Source: Lama guanicoe (Eukaryota). Taken from it: DNA of 64,000 nt. Both the position numbers and the translations under genes were made by a program. Shown piece after piece: positions 14,116-27,506 of this stretch (within the stretch, counting starts at the first letter, position 1; the number at the start of each line of letters is the position of its first letter). The notes below the pieces were generated by a model. It did no database searches. It was given only the letters and a program-made list of their open reading frames with translations, and was not told the DNA's origin. The stretch lies in the NCBI GenBank assembly GCA_013239625.1, contig MU054187.1, positions 3,049,757 to 3,113,756 on the forward strand, written 5' to 3'.

Positions 14116-14291
14116 GAGCTCTTTATTGGAGTCAAGGGCAGAATGACTGAGTAGGTCCCAGCCTTGAACATACTCATGCTTATCTTTAAAGCAGGTTCTA
14201 GGCATCTTTAAGGTCAGACATCCATTTTTTATCATGTGTCCCTGTAAATGTAAGAAGCAGGGATCTAAGAAAATCAATTCACATCTGCTTC

Positions 14292-14874
14292 ATTTTTTAT
14301 TTTATTTTATTTTCTTAACATTTTTTATCGAGTTTTAGTCATTTTACAATGTTGTGTCAAATTCCAGCATAGAGCACAATTTTCAGTTATACATGAACAT
14401 ACATATATTCATTGTCACATTTTTTTTCTCTGTGAGCTACCACAAGATCTTGTATATATTTCCCTGTGCTATACAGTATAATCTTGTTGATCTATTCTAC
14501 ATTTTGTAATCTCAGTCTGTCCCTTCCCACCCCCCGTCCCCCTGGCAACCACAAGTTTGTATTCTATGTCTATGAGTCTGTTTCTGTTTTGTATTTATGT
14601 TTTGTTTTGTTTTGTTTTAGATTCCACATGTGAGCGATCTCATATAGTATTTTTCTTTCTCTTTCTGGCTTACTTCACTTATAGTGACATTCTCCAGGGA
14701 CATCCATGTTGCTGCAATGGTGTTATGGTGTCGGTTTTTATGGCTGAATAGCATTCCATCATATAAATATACCACCTCTTCTTTATCCAGTCCTCTGTTG
14801 ATGGACATTTAGGCTGTTTCCATGTCTTGGCTATTGTAAATAGTGCTGCTGTGAACATTGGGGTGCAGGTGTCC
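14292..14874 (-). mobile_element. 5'-truncated lineage-specific L1 3' end
   Basis: T-rich tail at left. Minus-strand ORFs give DTCTPMFTAALFTIAKTWKQPKCPSTEDWIKK and AATWMSLENVTISEVSQKEKEKY (L1 ORF2 C-terminus). Same 3' UTR type as 25576 and 51686. Confidence 0.92.
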
Positions 14875-16943
14875 ATTTTCTATCTTACAGATTCAATAAA
14901 CATCTGTTTTCATTAGAAAAGAGACTGAAATTTTATTGAAAAAAAATCACTGACCATAAATAACCAAACAAATCAACCTATCCAACGGTCAAGTACCGTA
15001 AGTGAGAGACTGGAGAGGCTGGCTAGACCAGCTGCAAGAGTGAGCGGAGAACACTGGAAGGGGCGCTCTCTCTCCAGTTTTTAAAGACCTGTAGGGAAGA
15101 GGTCTAATAACATCTTTCATCTTTTAATCATGAGGAACGTCCTGTTTTATGCTGAACCTCATGGTTCAGATTCTAATTTTCATGCTTTACAGATTCTCTC
15201 AACTCTTAAATGACAAACTAAACGATTTCCAGTGCAGCAAGAGCAGAGTGCGTGGCGTTGTCAAGTCGTGGGTGCTGCGATGCGGGATGGAGGGGCTTTG
15301 CCCATGGCTGAGGGACTCCTCTTCCCAGCAGGCAGGAGGCTGGTGCCTGCTTGTCCCTTCCTCCTCCTCCTCAGCCTGTGCATTTGGCTTGAGGTGCAGT
15401 GTTTCTTAGCGTGTTGCATCTAGGCTCTGGAAGAGCCTCTGTGAGCGTGTGATGTCAGGTCAACAGATCGCCAACGGTGGGCGAGAAGTAAAACCACGAG
15501 TCCTTTGGTGCTTCGGTCCTATTTAGTATGTTTTACAGTTCCCTGTCGGAAATATGACGTTGTGCCCAAAGGGAAAAACATAACCAAGTGAGTGACATAA
15601 ATCAGAAGAATTAAAGCCTCAACATTTGTGAGCCAAGACTTTTGTCCTGCAGGGAGTCGTAGCTGCGTTTATCTCTGGAGGACAGCACTGCAGGCAGAAA
15701 GGGACAGGGCTGGGACTTCTGGAGGCCTTGGACTGTCTGTCCTCCTTCCTCTAACCTGCTGAAAAGGGTGGGGGCTGGGGGAGGTTGCATTACGGGCACC
15801 CTGGTGCATGTAACAGCTTTAATGCACAAGCTCATAATGTTCAAGTGGTTTTGTAAATAGGAGAGTTCCAATATTTGAATTTTGCGAGGTTTGGTTTTAA
15901 GAAGGAAGCATTTCACGAGGCACACAGCTTCCTTTTCTTAAGAATTACCATAGCTCAGGTTGACTCGGAACTCATGGTCTCCGTCTCCTCAGTGAGAAAT
16001 GTGTCTCATGTCCAGACCTGGAAAGTGATGTGAACTTTTCTCTTTTCAGCCATTGTCAAGTCATCAGGTCAAACAATGTAAAATACATGACACCATGAAA
16101 TTCTTAAATTCTGTCTTCTCCCCAGCCCCTGCTCCAATAACCAAGCTGAATTCTATCCAATTTAATTATCTGGAGTAATTATAATTTATTATTTTGTCTT
16201 TGAAATAATTAAAAATTTTCCTTTTTTTTTTCTTTATTTCCTTTCACAATCAAAACCCAAACCTAGACCTATGAAGTGGTCAATTAGCTTAAGGGGAAAT
16301 TAAAATTCTGTGCAGCTACATTCAGGTTGGTGGTTTATTCCTCAGAGCTGGGCTGTACGCTTCCGGGGCTTTGTCCCAGAAAGACGCCTTAGCAGAGAAT
16401 GCGCTTTCCTTCTCAGTGACTTGCTTTCCTACAATTAACCCTTGAATTCTTGAGAAAGAAGGTAATACTGGAGACACGAGTACAAAGGAGACAAATTCTC
16501 CCACGGCTTAACTAGACGGCACGCAGAACCCGCCGTTGAGGAAATGCTTGACTTTTCTGACTTCTAAGGCGTAGTTCTGTTCAGCGTTTGCCTGGGAACA
16601 AGCTCATACGTAATTATTTGGATGACGGGTAGTGTCCCTGGTCCTGGATCTCAGAGGGGCAGCTGGCCAGCTGTGACTTCTCCATTCGAGGTGCTGTGAC
16701 GTCTGCGTACCGTGCTTGAGCCCTCCGAGTGTTCTGGTTGCCCGTGGAATCATCTAATTGATTTGCTTTCACTTACGTCAGTCAACTAGTTCTCTTTTTC
16801 AGCTGAACTCCTTTGTTTAAGCACTTGTAAGGGGCAAAAATTGTAATATTGTCATAAAGAGCAGCCCTAAGCATGTGAAATAAGAGAAAATGCAGGGAGG
16901 CAGGTGCCCAGGACAGTACACAGAGATGTTGCATTTGAAAAGC

Positions 16944-16945
<2 letters not shown>

Positions 16946-16974
<29 letters not shown>
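16946..16974. repeat. (CA)n microsatellite
   Basis: About 14 CA units, ending ~20 bp upstream of the start of the tandem duplication. Confidence 0.95.
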
Positions 16975-16977
<3 letters not shown>

Positions 16978-17499
16978 AGAAAAAGAGAAAGGAAGAAAAG
17001 AAGTGGGTTGAGATGGGGTGGCGGGGAGCCTTCGGAATGGAGAAAAAGTTTAAATTTAGACATTACGTAATGTTCCTCAGGGTTTCTCGGCAGCATGGGG
17101 ACCGTTTTGATAACTAACAGGATGATCGTTCTCTTCGTGGTCATCCACTGAAAAGAGCGTTTCAGAAGCTGCCACAGGCCCTGCCCTCTGGAGTATTTAT
17201 AGCTCAGCTGTGGCCCGGTGGGGCAGCGGCCACCGGCAGGAAGGAGGGAGGGACTAGCTACTGCATTTGAGCCTAGTTCTTCGCACCCGCAGCAGAAGCA
17301 GCGCTGCTTTAGGTGCAAAGGAGCAACTTACCCAGCAGCATGTGGTGCTGGGTCCCCGGGGGCTTGCCCGTCAACACCCATACCGGGAGCCTTGGCTGTT
17401 TATCGGTAATAAGTCCATACACGGGGAAACCATATTGACCTGCTGTTTATCTTGGAAATGCCTGCCTTCCAGCCATGCACCGAGGTGCAGCAGGAAGAC

Positions 17500-17620
17500 C
17501 CTGGAGATGCAGATCCAGTTCGGGCCACTCTACCTCTAGCTGTGTGTTCCTCGATGGTCAGCACCGAGCCTCAGTTCTCTCACCTGTGAAACATGGACCA
17601 GTAGGACCTCGATTATGCTG
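17500..17620 (+). mobile_element. MIR fragment (duplicated at ~19984-20104)
   Basis: ctctagctgtgtgttcctcg...gagcctcagttctctcacctgtgaaacatgg resembles the MIR core. Confidence 0.55.
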
Positions 17621-18329
17621 TGCAGCTCTAGGAGGATCTGAGCACCCTTTCACGGGTCACTGGCTAATTGTGCGGGTTTATATAAGTGAGTCTTGGAATT
17701 AATCAGAGCAGCAGTGTTACCATCAAGCACTTGTCGTGACCGTGCGCAAACACTCTGAGTAACTGTAAGCACAACCGCTTTTTTCTGCCATTTCTTTCTC
17801 TTCTTGTTTTGGTTCAGTTTACATTCGAATCTGTGCTTATGAGTTAAACACAGCAGATTTACTGCAGGCTGATGCCGGTATGTTTTAGTTGACGGTACGA
17901 GTTACTGAAGGAGGAAGTGGGAGGGAGAAAGCTGTTAATAGAGGGTCAGATTTAGCTATCCCAGGCTATGCAGGTAAAATAAAACTGTAGCATCCAACAA
18001 CTGTGGAATGCTCTTTGCAACAATATCTCTCATGCTTAGCAAGTCGGGCCTGCGCCCTCATCGCTCCCCCATCCTCACCTCCACGCTCGCGACCCTTCCA
18101 GTGCCCCCGTGCGCGCCCCACCGGCCGCCACTACTCCATCAGCAGACCCCGTGTCTCCACACCGCCGAGCCCGAGCCCTGTGCTCCGCGTGCTCTCCGAG
18201 CCTGCGCCCTCTCCCCTCTCCCTGCTCAGCAAATTCCTCCTCGTCCTGGAAATCCCAGTTCAGATGATGCCGGACAATTCAATGCCTTTTTTCCCTTCTG
18301 GACTTGGCCCGGGCCATTGTAAGTGTCTC

Positions 18330-18520
18330 TCATGTAGTGTTTATCACCTGTCACAACTGTTTGTGTGTTTTACACTCCAATAAACTATGAGGTCCTTGGG
18401 AAGAGGATGGTGTCTTCTTCAGAGGTATCTCTGCAAGGTCTGGTGCACAGCGGGCGCCAAAGAGCATCGTTTGGAGGAAGGAAGGGGCAGATGGATGAAG
18501 GGAGAATGAATGAATGCATT
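18330..18520 (+). mobile_element. L2 3' end fragment (duplicated at ~20814-21004)
   Basis: taaactatgaggtccttgggaagagg...tggtgcacagcgggcgcc...gaatgaatgaatg tail, typical of L2 3' ends. Confidence 0.55.
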
Positions 18521-19229
18521 TGTCTCAGTTTATGTCAGTAAGTGAGACAGTTAATGTCTCCCTCCTCATTCCATCTCAGCTCTCTAGGGAACAGGGCTTT
18601 GCCAAGGTATAATGGGTTGAAAGTAGCAGTGTTTGATTTAGTAATTACTAAACTTGCCTTCAGTATTTAAAGGAGGTTTAATAATAGTAACGTATTGGTG
18701 CTTTCTGTCTATGCAAGGCTGTCTTTTTCTTTCCTGGCCATCTCTCAGGCTCTGGTGGTGCATCCCCAAACCCCACCAGAGTGCCTGCGCACAGCCTGTC
18801 TCACCCAGCAGCATGCTAACAGGTGATGACCACGAGCAACACTCTCTTACTATATCCAGAATCTACACCTACATTTCTGGTTTACAAAGTGAAATTCACA
18901 GGTGCATTGAAAAGACAGTGTCTGAACTTAAAAACGGACCTGGCTCCACACCAGGTCTGACAGTTCAAGAAGCAGAGGCTGAGGGAGAAGCGGCAGGAAC
19001 GGGAGGTGGATTTCTATCACCTGCTTCATCTGAAGCAAAAGACATGCTGCCAGTCACACTGCAAATGCAGGTCCCTCCTTGTCGTCCAAGTGACGGGCCC
19101 ATACACTGATCAGTGAGGAAGCCACACAAAAATGCAGGCATTATGCTGTCTTTCCCAGTACAGAGATCTAGCTACATGGCAAAAACAGGTAATTATCAGG
19201 TAGAGTGCACTTAAAGCACATTCAGGTAT

Positions 19230-19362
19230 TCAGAAAGGCAGATGCTGCGTGGTCCCATCTGTATATGAGATCTGAAATAGTCAGACTCACAGAAGCAGAG
19301 AGGGGAATGTGGTTCCTGGGGCCTGGGGATTGTCAATTATACGTCAGTAAAGCTGGAGAAAC
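19230..19362 (+). mobile_element. Old L1 3' UTR fragment (mostly absent from copy 2)
   Basis: cagaaaggcagatgctgcgtggtcccatctgtatatgagatctgaaatagtcagactcacagaagcagagag...gtcaattatacgtcagtaaagctgga resembles an L1MA/MB 3' end. Confidence 0.65.
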
Positions 19363-19479
19363 AGTTTAAAAAATTCAGATTTTGGTTTTCATAAGTATAA
19401 AAATAATACATGCTATAAAAATTCAGAGAGGTATAAAAAAAGAGGATTTAAGTCACTTTATGCCCCCTACTTACTATCA

Positions 19480-21778
19480 AAAAGAAGTGGGTTGAGATGG
19501 GGTGGCGGGGAGCCTTCGGAATGGAGAAAAAGTTTAAATTTAGACATTACGTAATGTTCCTCAGGGTTTCTCGGCAGCATGGGGACCGTTTTGATAACTA
19601 ACAGGATGATCGTTCTCTTCGTGGTCATCCACTGAAAAGAGCGTTTCAGAAGCTGCCACAGGCCCTGCCCTCTGGAGTATTTATAGCTCAGCTGTGGCCC
19701 GGTGGGGCAGCGGCCACCGGCAGGAAGGAGGGAGGGACTAGCTACTGCATTTGAGCCTAGTTCTTCGCACCCGCAGCAGAAGCAGCGCTGCTTTAGGTGC
19801 AAAGGAGCAACTTACCCAGCAGCATGTGGTGCTGGGTCCCCGGGGGCTTGCCCGTCAACACCCATACCGGGAGCCTTGGCTGTTTATCGGTAATAAGTCC
19901 ATACACGGGGAAACCATATTGACCTGCTGTTTATCTTGGAAATGCCTGCCTTCCAGCCATGCACCGAGGTGCAGCAGGAAGACCCTGGAGATGCAGATCC
20001 AGTTCGGGCCACTCTACCTCTAGCTGTGTGTTCCTCGATGGTCAGCACCGAGCCTCAGTTCTCTCATCTGTGAAACATGGACCAGTAGGACCTCGATTAT
20101 GCTGTGCAGCTCTAGGAGGATCTGAGCACCCTTTCACGGGTCACTGGCTAATTGTGCGGGTTTATATAAGTGAGTCTTGGAATTAATCAGAGCAGCAGTG
20201 TTACCATCAAGCACTTGTCGTGACCGTGCGCAAACACTCTGAGTAACTGTAAGCACAACCGCTTTTTTCTGCCATTTCTTTCTCTTCTTGTTTTGGTTCA
20301 GTTTACATTCGAATCTGTGCTTATGAGTTAAACACAGCAGATTTACTGCAGGCTGATGCCGGTATGTTTTAGTTGACGGTACGAGTTACTGAAGGAGGAA
20401 GTGGGAGGGAGAAAGCTGTTAATAGAGGGTCAGATTTAGCTATCCCAGGCTATGCAGGTAAAATAAAACTGTAGCATCCAACAACTGTGGAATGCTCTTT
20501 GCAACAATATCTCTCATGCTTAGCAAGTCGGGCCTGCGCCCTCATCGCTCCCCCATCCTCACCTCCACGCTCGCGACCCTTCCAGTGCCCCCGTGCGCGC
20601 CCCACCGGCCGCCACTACTCCATCAGCAGACCCCGTGTCTCCACACCGCCGAGCCCGAGCCCTGTGCTCCGCGTGCTCTCCGAGCCTGCGCCCTCTCCCC
20701 TCTCCCTGCTCAGCAAATTCCTCCTCGTCCTGGAAATCCCAGTTCAGACGATGCCGGACAATTCAACGCCTTTCTTCCCTTCTGGACTTGGCCCGGGCCA
20801 TTGTAAGTGTCTCTCATGTAGTGTTTATCACCTGTCACAACTGTTTGTGTGTTTTACACTCCAATAAACTATGAGGTCCTTGGGAAGAGGATGGTGTCTT
20901 CTTCAGAGGTATCTCTGCAAGGTCTGGTGCACAGCGGGCGCCAAAGAGCATCGTTTGGAGGAAGGAAGGGGCAGATGGATGAAGGGAGAATGAATGAATG
21001 CGTTTGTCTCAGTTCATGTCAGTAAGTGAGACAGTTAATGTTTCCCTCCTCATTCCATCTCAGCTCTCTAAGGAACAGGGCTTTGCCAAGGTATAATGGG
21101 TTGAAAATAGCAGTGTTTGATTTAGTAATTACTAAACTTGCCTTCAGTATTTAAAGGAGGTTTAATAATAGTAACGTATTGGTGCTTTCTGTCTATGCAA
21201 GGCTGTCTTTTTCTTTCCTGGCCATCTCTCAGGCTCTGGTGGTGCATCCCCAAACCCCACCAGAGTGCCTGCGCACAGCCTGTCTCACCCAGCAGCATGC
21301 TAACAGGTGATGACCACGAGCAACACTCTCTTACTATATCCAGAATCTACACCTACATTTCTGGTTTACAAAGTGAAATTCACAGGTGCATTGAAAAGAC
21401 AGTGTCTGAACTTAAAAACGGACCTGGCTCCACACCAGGTCTGACAGTTCAAGAAGCAGAGGCTGAGGGAGAAGCGGCAGGAACGGGAGGTGGATTTCTA
21501 TCACCTGCTTCATCTGAAGCAAAAGACATGCTGCCAGTCACACTGCAAATGCAGGTCCCTCCTTGTCGTCCAAGTGACGGGCCCATACACTGATCAGTGA
21601 GGAAGCCACACAAAAATGCAGGCATTATGCTGTCTTTCCCAGTACAGAGATCTAGCTACATGGCAAAAACAGGTAATTATCAGGTAGAGTGCACTTAAAG
21701 CACATTCAGGTATTCAGAAAGGCAAAGAGAGGTATAAAAAAGAGGATTTAAGTCACTTTATGCCCCCTACTTACTATC
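19480..21778 (+). repeat. Tandem duplication, copy 2 (lacks 184 bp)
   Basis: Matches 16996-19240, then jumps at 21724/21726 to the match of 19425-19478. Confidence 0.97.
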
Positions 21779-24700
21779 CGTATAGTTGCGTACTTCTGTT
21801 GAACGGCAAAGACAGTTTGCTCCATAGATGGACCGTAGTTAGAGCTGGAATCAGGCTGCACATGTGTGTGTCCCATTTTAACCTAACCTTGCGTTATGAA
21901 CGTTCCCTCTCATCGTTAAATGGTTCTTAAACAAACATGATTTTAGTGCCTTATTAATATACCATGAGTGATTATATCCTAATTTATAATCATTTCCTAC
22001 ATGTTTTTACTTAGTTTACATCAAAACACAGTGAAGAATTTTGTAAAAAAAAAAAAAAAAGAAAAGAATTTTGTGAGTAATTTTGTGTGTGTGTGTATCT
22101 TTCTTTCTCTAAATTCCCAGAAGTATAATTGCTGAGTCAAAGCATGAAGGGTTTTAAGCCTGCTATTGTGATGCCCACTTGCTCATTTTATCCTGTACGT
22201 CTTCTAATAGCAGCAAAGTCTACTTCAATGGGAATAACTCCCACTCTTACAACAGGAAAAAGGTGGTTTTGCATTAACCTTCGCTAGAAAGCTTGCCTGG
22301 TAAAGCGGGTATTAACAGACGAGGGTGCTGTCAGCAGAAGCTATATTGACGAATGAGGACCCTAGACGTCAGATTTACCAGACGTCAACGAGGTAGTGGC
22401 TTTGATCGTTTAAACCCTGTTAAGGCTGGGCAACAGATGCTGTGTAATTTTGGAGGGCTCTCCAGAGAGTTTTAGAGCCTGACTTGAAATCCAGTAAGAT
22501 GCTCATTATGTCCCCTTATCTTTCCTTCACAGAAAAAATGGCAGGTTTTGTACAGAACCTTTATTGGGGCAAAAGTTAAGAAAATATTACACAAGCTATG
22601 GAAATTCTGTTTTGTCTTCAAGTAATGACAAATAAATGGTCAGTCATTTAGATTCCAAAGTTCTTAGTACTTACAAAGTGTAGAGAACTTTTTAATGGAT
22701 TCTTTCCAATTTTCATGTGGGTTAAATTATATACTAAATCTAGCAATGGTACTCATCCAAACGAAGAGTGAAAAAAGGTATTCATGCTGATGACCCGTGA
22801 AATTAGAAACATTCAGATCATTGATTACAAAGTGAAGGCGCAAGTCACTGGCCTGTCTGGCTCTGAGCTCAGTCAGTTCAGCAGTCAGGTCCAAACGAGA
22901 AGTGATGTTTGTCAGAGAAGTGAACAGATCACATGGCACTGTGGACTGAGACACTGAGGTCCGATTCCAGCCCATCTCTTGACTAGATTTGACCCTCGGT
23001 AAATTACTGTGTGGCTACGTGCCTCAGTGACTCACCTCAGAAGAGTGACGACTGAATGATGTAACTGGGTGGGGGGCTGACTTGAAATACGGTACACATC
23101 CTTCTAAGTCTGAGCCCCAGGCTCTGGGGCTGACATGCTGCAGAGCTGGGGGTGATCGCTCCTATTCCCGGGAACGCCTTGCAACCAGTATTTTTCCGGT
23201 GTTCCCTTGGGCGGGTCAAGGCGGTGCTGGTTTGAGTTTAGTGCACCTCCTTGATTTAGAATGGTCTACACTCAAGGTCCACACCGGCGTTGATCGCAAT
23301 CGCCTTAATTGCCACACACATCCTGCAACACACTGGCCTTTCAAGGGTCTCCCACATTTTGGATGGGATGGGTTATTTCTGTTTACTCGGCTTACCTACA
23401 CTTCTTGGTCCCAGCATGGCACAGAAGAAGCTTCCACTGGAGCAAGCACTGAAAAATGAATATTGTCAGTAATTTCACCCTACAGTTTTTCCCCCAAGGG
23501 ATGATGGAAGGGAGAAAAAGCCAGTTATTTCTTAAAGCTCTGGACCTGTACTGGGAGAAAATGTTCAAAGACTATCCTGTGACCGGTGGACCTTCGAAGA
23601 CCGTAACACCAACGTTCAGCCTTCCAGAGAGAAGACCAGGAGGCAGTTAGCACTGCTGTTTCTAGGAGGAGAACTGCCTTCATAGATGTGTTTCCACTTT
23701 TATGATAAAAGCAAAACACATGAGGTGTGGGTCAGTCGAATCACATGTTTCTTCATACTTTACTGTACACAGTGAACCCTGAGAATCATCCCATGAGTTC
23801 CAGTACAAAGACGACATGCTCAGATTCATAACAATTTCTCCCTCTTTGAGAGGCTTGTTTTGATGTCAAATCTTAACTAGCTTTAAGTGCCCAGTTCTGT
23901 TTCCCTTCTGATCACAGAAATAGACCAAGTCCTTGGTGCAGGCACATCAAGGGTTTCCTCTGCCACTCGCTGATAACTCAGTGCTGCTTGAGTCACTGCA
24001 AAGCCTTTCGGAAAAAGGAAAGCCAGGCTTGTTAATTCATGAAGATGTGAGACCTACAGACACCTCCGAGGTACTGGGGAGCTGGCAGAGTGTGCTGGCT
24101 TAGAGCACACTTTTGATGACCGTGTATTCCCAGGAAGGGTAAACACATTGATAAACTCATTGCCCTTGATCATCCAGCACAGTTTCTATTGACATCTCTC
24201 ACAGCCCCAGGCAGCGATTTGAGCGTATGCGGCCCACTGACTGCACTCAGGCTCTCGATGACGGGGAGGAAGGCTGAGTTCCTCTCTCCACCTGCGCGGG
24301 GAGGTCGTAGCACTTCCGGTACAGCTTTCACACACTTTTGAACTGGAGACTCTGTTTTCAGCTTCTGTTTTCCTAATTCAGAGACTGTTTTTCAAGAGAT
24401 GTTTTTGTTACCATGCTTTCAAAAAATCTTAGTAATACATTTTAAATATGACAATTCAAGCCGTTGTTGAGTCTCTACACAAATGAAATTTTGAGAAAGT
24501 TGCATGAAAAACGGTTTGCATCATTCTTGTGATGTTTTCTAGGAGTAGTATCTGTCCTTACGGACTGCAACCTGAAAACCCAGCAAGTGTTGATATTTCT
24601 GAATATTGGGGGAAGGGAACTTTTTCTATTTTGAAAAGTTTAAGATTCCTGAGAAAAATGCCCTTAGTGTCAGAGACATCAGATATTAGATTCCACCAAG

Positions 24701-25539
24701 CCATGCACAGTGCTGGAAAGGACATGGTTAACCAGCTCCCTTCGGTTTGCCTCGGACCTCACAGCCTCCATATTCGCGGTACTAGTACCGGGGAAAGTCC
24801 TCTGCAGAGCTTTTACTGCAGATATACTGGGGCCAAAGGGCTATTCATCAGGACACTGCACTTTAATAGAGATACGAAACTCATTCCCATCATTAGATCA
24901 TTAGCAGTTTGCAAATAGCCTACAGTCACTTAAGATGCTTTAGTAGAAATTAGTTATAATTCATTAAAAGCAGATTATTTATTGAGAAAGGAAATAGGTC
25001 GATTAAATGAAGATTTGGAGGTAGGAATTGACTGGGCACGATCACCATAAAACGCGTATTCACATGGCCAGGAAACGTTTCTGTGCACAAAGCAAAGACT
25101 AAGCAAGGAGTCCGCTGTTACCATGTGGAACAGGAGACACACGAGTGTCCTGGGCAGTTCAGGGACCTCTCTCTTCCACCCCATGTGGACAGATGGCTTT
25201 TCTCCCTCTTCCTTTGGGTAGACCAGACATTGATTCTCTAGAGATGTCAACCCACAGAGCCTCAGCTTGGTCAGCAGACCCGGGAAGAGCAGGAGGGAGA
25301 TGTGAGAATGACGGCAGACGGAATACAGTGCCGCCTGCTGATCTGTGCGACGCAAGCCCCCTCTCCACCCTGCTCCCAGGGAGGCTGCAGCCCACTGTGG
25401 GCCCCTCAGTATCCTCAGGAGGCAGAGAACAACCCCAGAGAGAACAAAGTCACAAGTGCTCTTATGTGAACAGGTAGCGAAAGTCAGCGGGCACGCGAAG
25501 AACAGCCCCGCTGTGAGAAGCCGAGAACAAAAAGAATTC

Positions 25540-25775
25540 TGAAATCCCAGCCTGTCCCTTCCCACCCCACCCCCTGATTTCAAATTGTAGAACAGATAAA
25601 CAAGATTATACTGTACAGCACAGGGAAAGATATACAAGATCTTCTGGTGGCTCACAGCGAAAAACATGTGACAATGAGTATATGTATGTTCATATGTAAC
25701 TGAAAAATTGTGCCCTACCCTGGAATTTGACACAACATTGTAAACTGACTATAACTCAATAAAAATGTTAAAAAA
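25540..25775 (+). mobile_element. Short L1 3' end with 5' inversion
   Basis: 25540-25574 is antisense L1 (tgaaatcccagcctgtcccttcccacccc); 25576-25775 is sense L1 3' UTR ending aataaaaatgttaaaaaa. Confidence 0.85.
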
Positions 25776-25789
25776 TTTTAATGATAAAG

Positions 25790-26100
25790 TATTTTGTTTT
25801 TCAGTTTTATTGGGATATAATTGACATATGGCACTGTATGAGTTTAAGGGGTACAGCATGATGACTTGCCATACACAGACTGCAAAGTGATTAGCACGGT
25901 AATTTTGGTTAACTTTCATCACCGCACACAGTTATCAAAAAAAAAAAACCTTTCTCTTCCTTGTGAGAACTTTCACCGTGTGCTCTCTCAGCAACTAGCT
26001 ATCAAGTATACCATATGGCAATGTGACTGTGGTCGCCATGCTGTGTATTACACCCCCAGTGCGTATTTATTTTCTAACTGTAAGTGTGTAACTTTCTCCT
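25790..26100 (-). mobile_element. L1MA-like 3' end fragment
   Basis: ttttattgggatataattgacatatggcactgtatgagtttaaggggtacagcatgatgacttg...ctcagcaact...ttttctaactgtaagtgtgta. Confidence 0.75.
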
Positions 26101-26283
26101 AAATATTTGAGGAGGCCTTCTATACATACTCTTTTAGCCCATGAACCTGTATTAGGTGCCTGCTGTGCACCGTTCGCTTCAAAGCCCTTGAACAGTTGTC
26201 AGTGAACAAAGCAGAGATTGCTGCCCTTATAGAGCTTAAATTCTAGTAGGTGAGACAAGAGGCAAATAAAAAGCAAAATAAAT

Positions 26284-26286
<3 letters not shown>

Positions 26287-26320
<34 letters not shown>
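26287..26320. repeat. (TG)n microsatellite
   Basis: About 16 TG units. Confidence 0.95.
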
Positions 26321-26323
<3 letters not shown>

Positions 26324-27506
26324 CACGCACTTTATGTTACAAGGCAATACATGCTATACAAACAGAAAGGGGAGAGGAGTGTGAGGTGGTTTTGGAGAGC
26401 ATGCAATTTGAATGCTATGAAAATCTGAGCCAAAATGGAAGAGGTCATACTGCTCTTGATACACGGTTTAGGAGCAATAAGGATGAAAGCCTTAAAGCCT
26501 GTAGCTAAGAGAGGACATGAGGCGAGAAGCGAATTGGAAACATCGTGTATAGATGACCTTTCAAAGGAACCTGGATGAAGAGTCGAGCATCAAAAGGAGG
26601 CAAGATAAGATACTTAAGATGGGAGAGACAATTGCTGTTCCAAATAATAATCCAGAAGAGGTGGGGGGGCGGGATTGATGATATTGGAGGAGAGATGGGA
26701 TCGGGGTACAAACAGGGGGGCTGCCTGAGATGCCGGCAGGGCTGCGTCCCCCAGGGCCCCAGGCTGCGTCACCTGCCGTGGACTCAGGTGGCGAGGTGGG
26801 GGGTGGGCGTGGGGGGGACGGCTTCTCTCCGAGCGCTGCTGGGAAGGAGACCCCTCGGCAGGAGGACGGCGGGGAAGCAGGCACTGCAGTTTGTGTGAAG
26901 GGAAGCTGCCGGATGGCCGAGCAGGGACGAGAGAATAAATGGACAGGGAGGTGTGGTGTTGTCGGAGAGTAAGGGTGCAGTCGCAGGTGTAAAGTGACAC
27001 CATCTCTGTGGTCGTGTTTCCACTCCAGCCACATTCAGCCCCCGGGCGCAGCCCTGAAGGGGGCGGAGTGTTGGATTTAATCAGGAGTGGTGTTTTCCGA
27101 GAGAGGACAATGCAGTGATATGGGTGCCACGCAGGAGTGTGTAAATGGGTTGGCATACAGTGTAAACTGGGGAGAGAGGGGAGAGGGTAGGGGACAGGGA
27201 GGAGGTGGTAGGGTCAGCGGGTCCAAAGTTCCAGTGGGCATGGCGCATGGAACCGGAAGGAGAGACGGGATGGTCGGCTGGTGGGATGCACGGGGCTGAG
27301 ATTTCAGAAGGCTTTCTGGCCGCAGCTCCCGGCGAAGACGAGGTCCAGAGCGAGTCTCAGGAGAGAGGGTGCGGGGCACGCCCATCTCCCAAAAGCCGGT
27401 TGCCGGCAGAGCCTTCCCGCCCTCTCAGGGAGGTTCCGGTGCCTCCTGGGTGTTTCCATAATTCCCTGTGCATCTGCATTATTCTTCACCATCATCAGCC
27501 TCATTA

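Larger units (their letters stand above)
16996..19478 (+). repeat. Tandem duplication, copy 1 (complete)
   Basis: Near-identical to 19480-21778 at offset 2484; the same ORFs recur in the track (e.g. 18654 and 21138). Confidence 0.97.

Noticed and set aside
16778..16826. Minus-strand AG...GTAAGT exon-like segment
   Set aside because: Stop codons in all three frames; at most non-coding, with no other support.
18654..19109. 151-aa ORF present twice (also 21138-21593)
   Set aside because: The recurrence reflects the DNA duplication only; non-ATG start and no recognisable homology.
24975..25733. 252-aa minus-strand ORF, the longest in the track
   Set aside because: Begins in an antisense L1 3' UTR fragment; no recognisable domain; random-looking composition.
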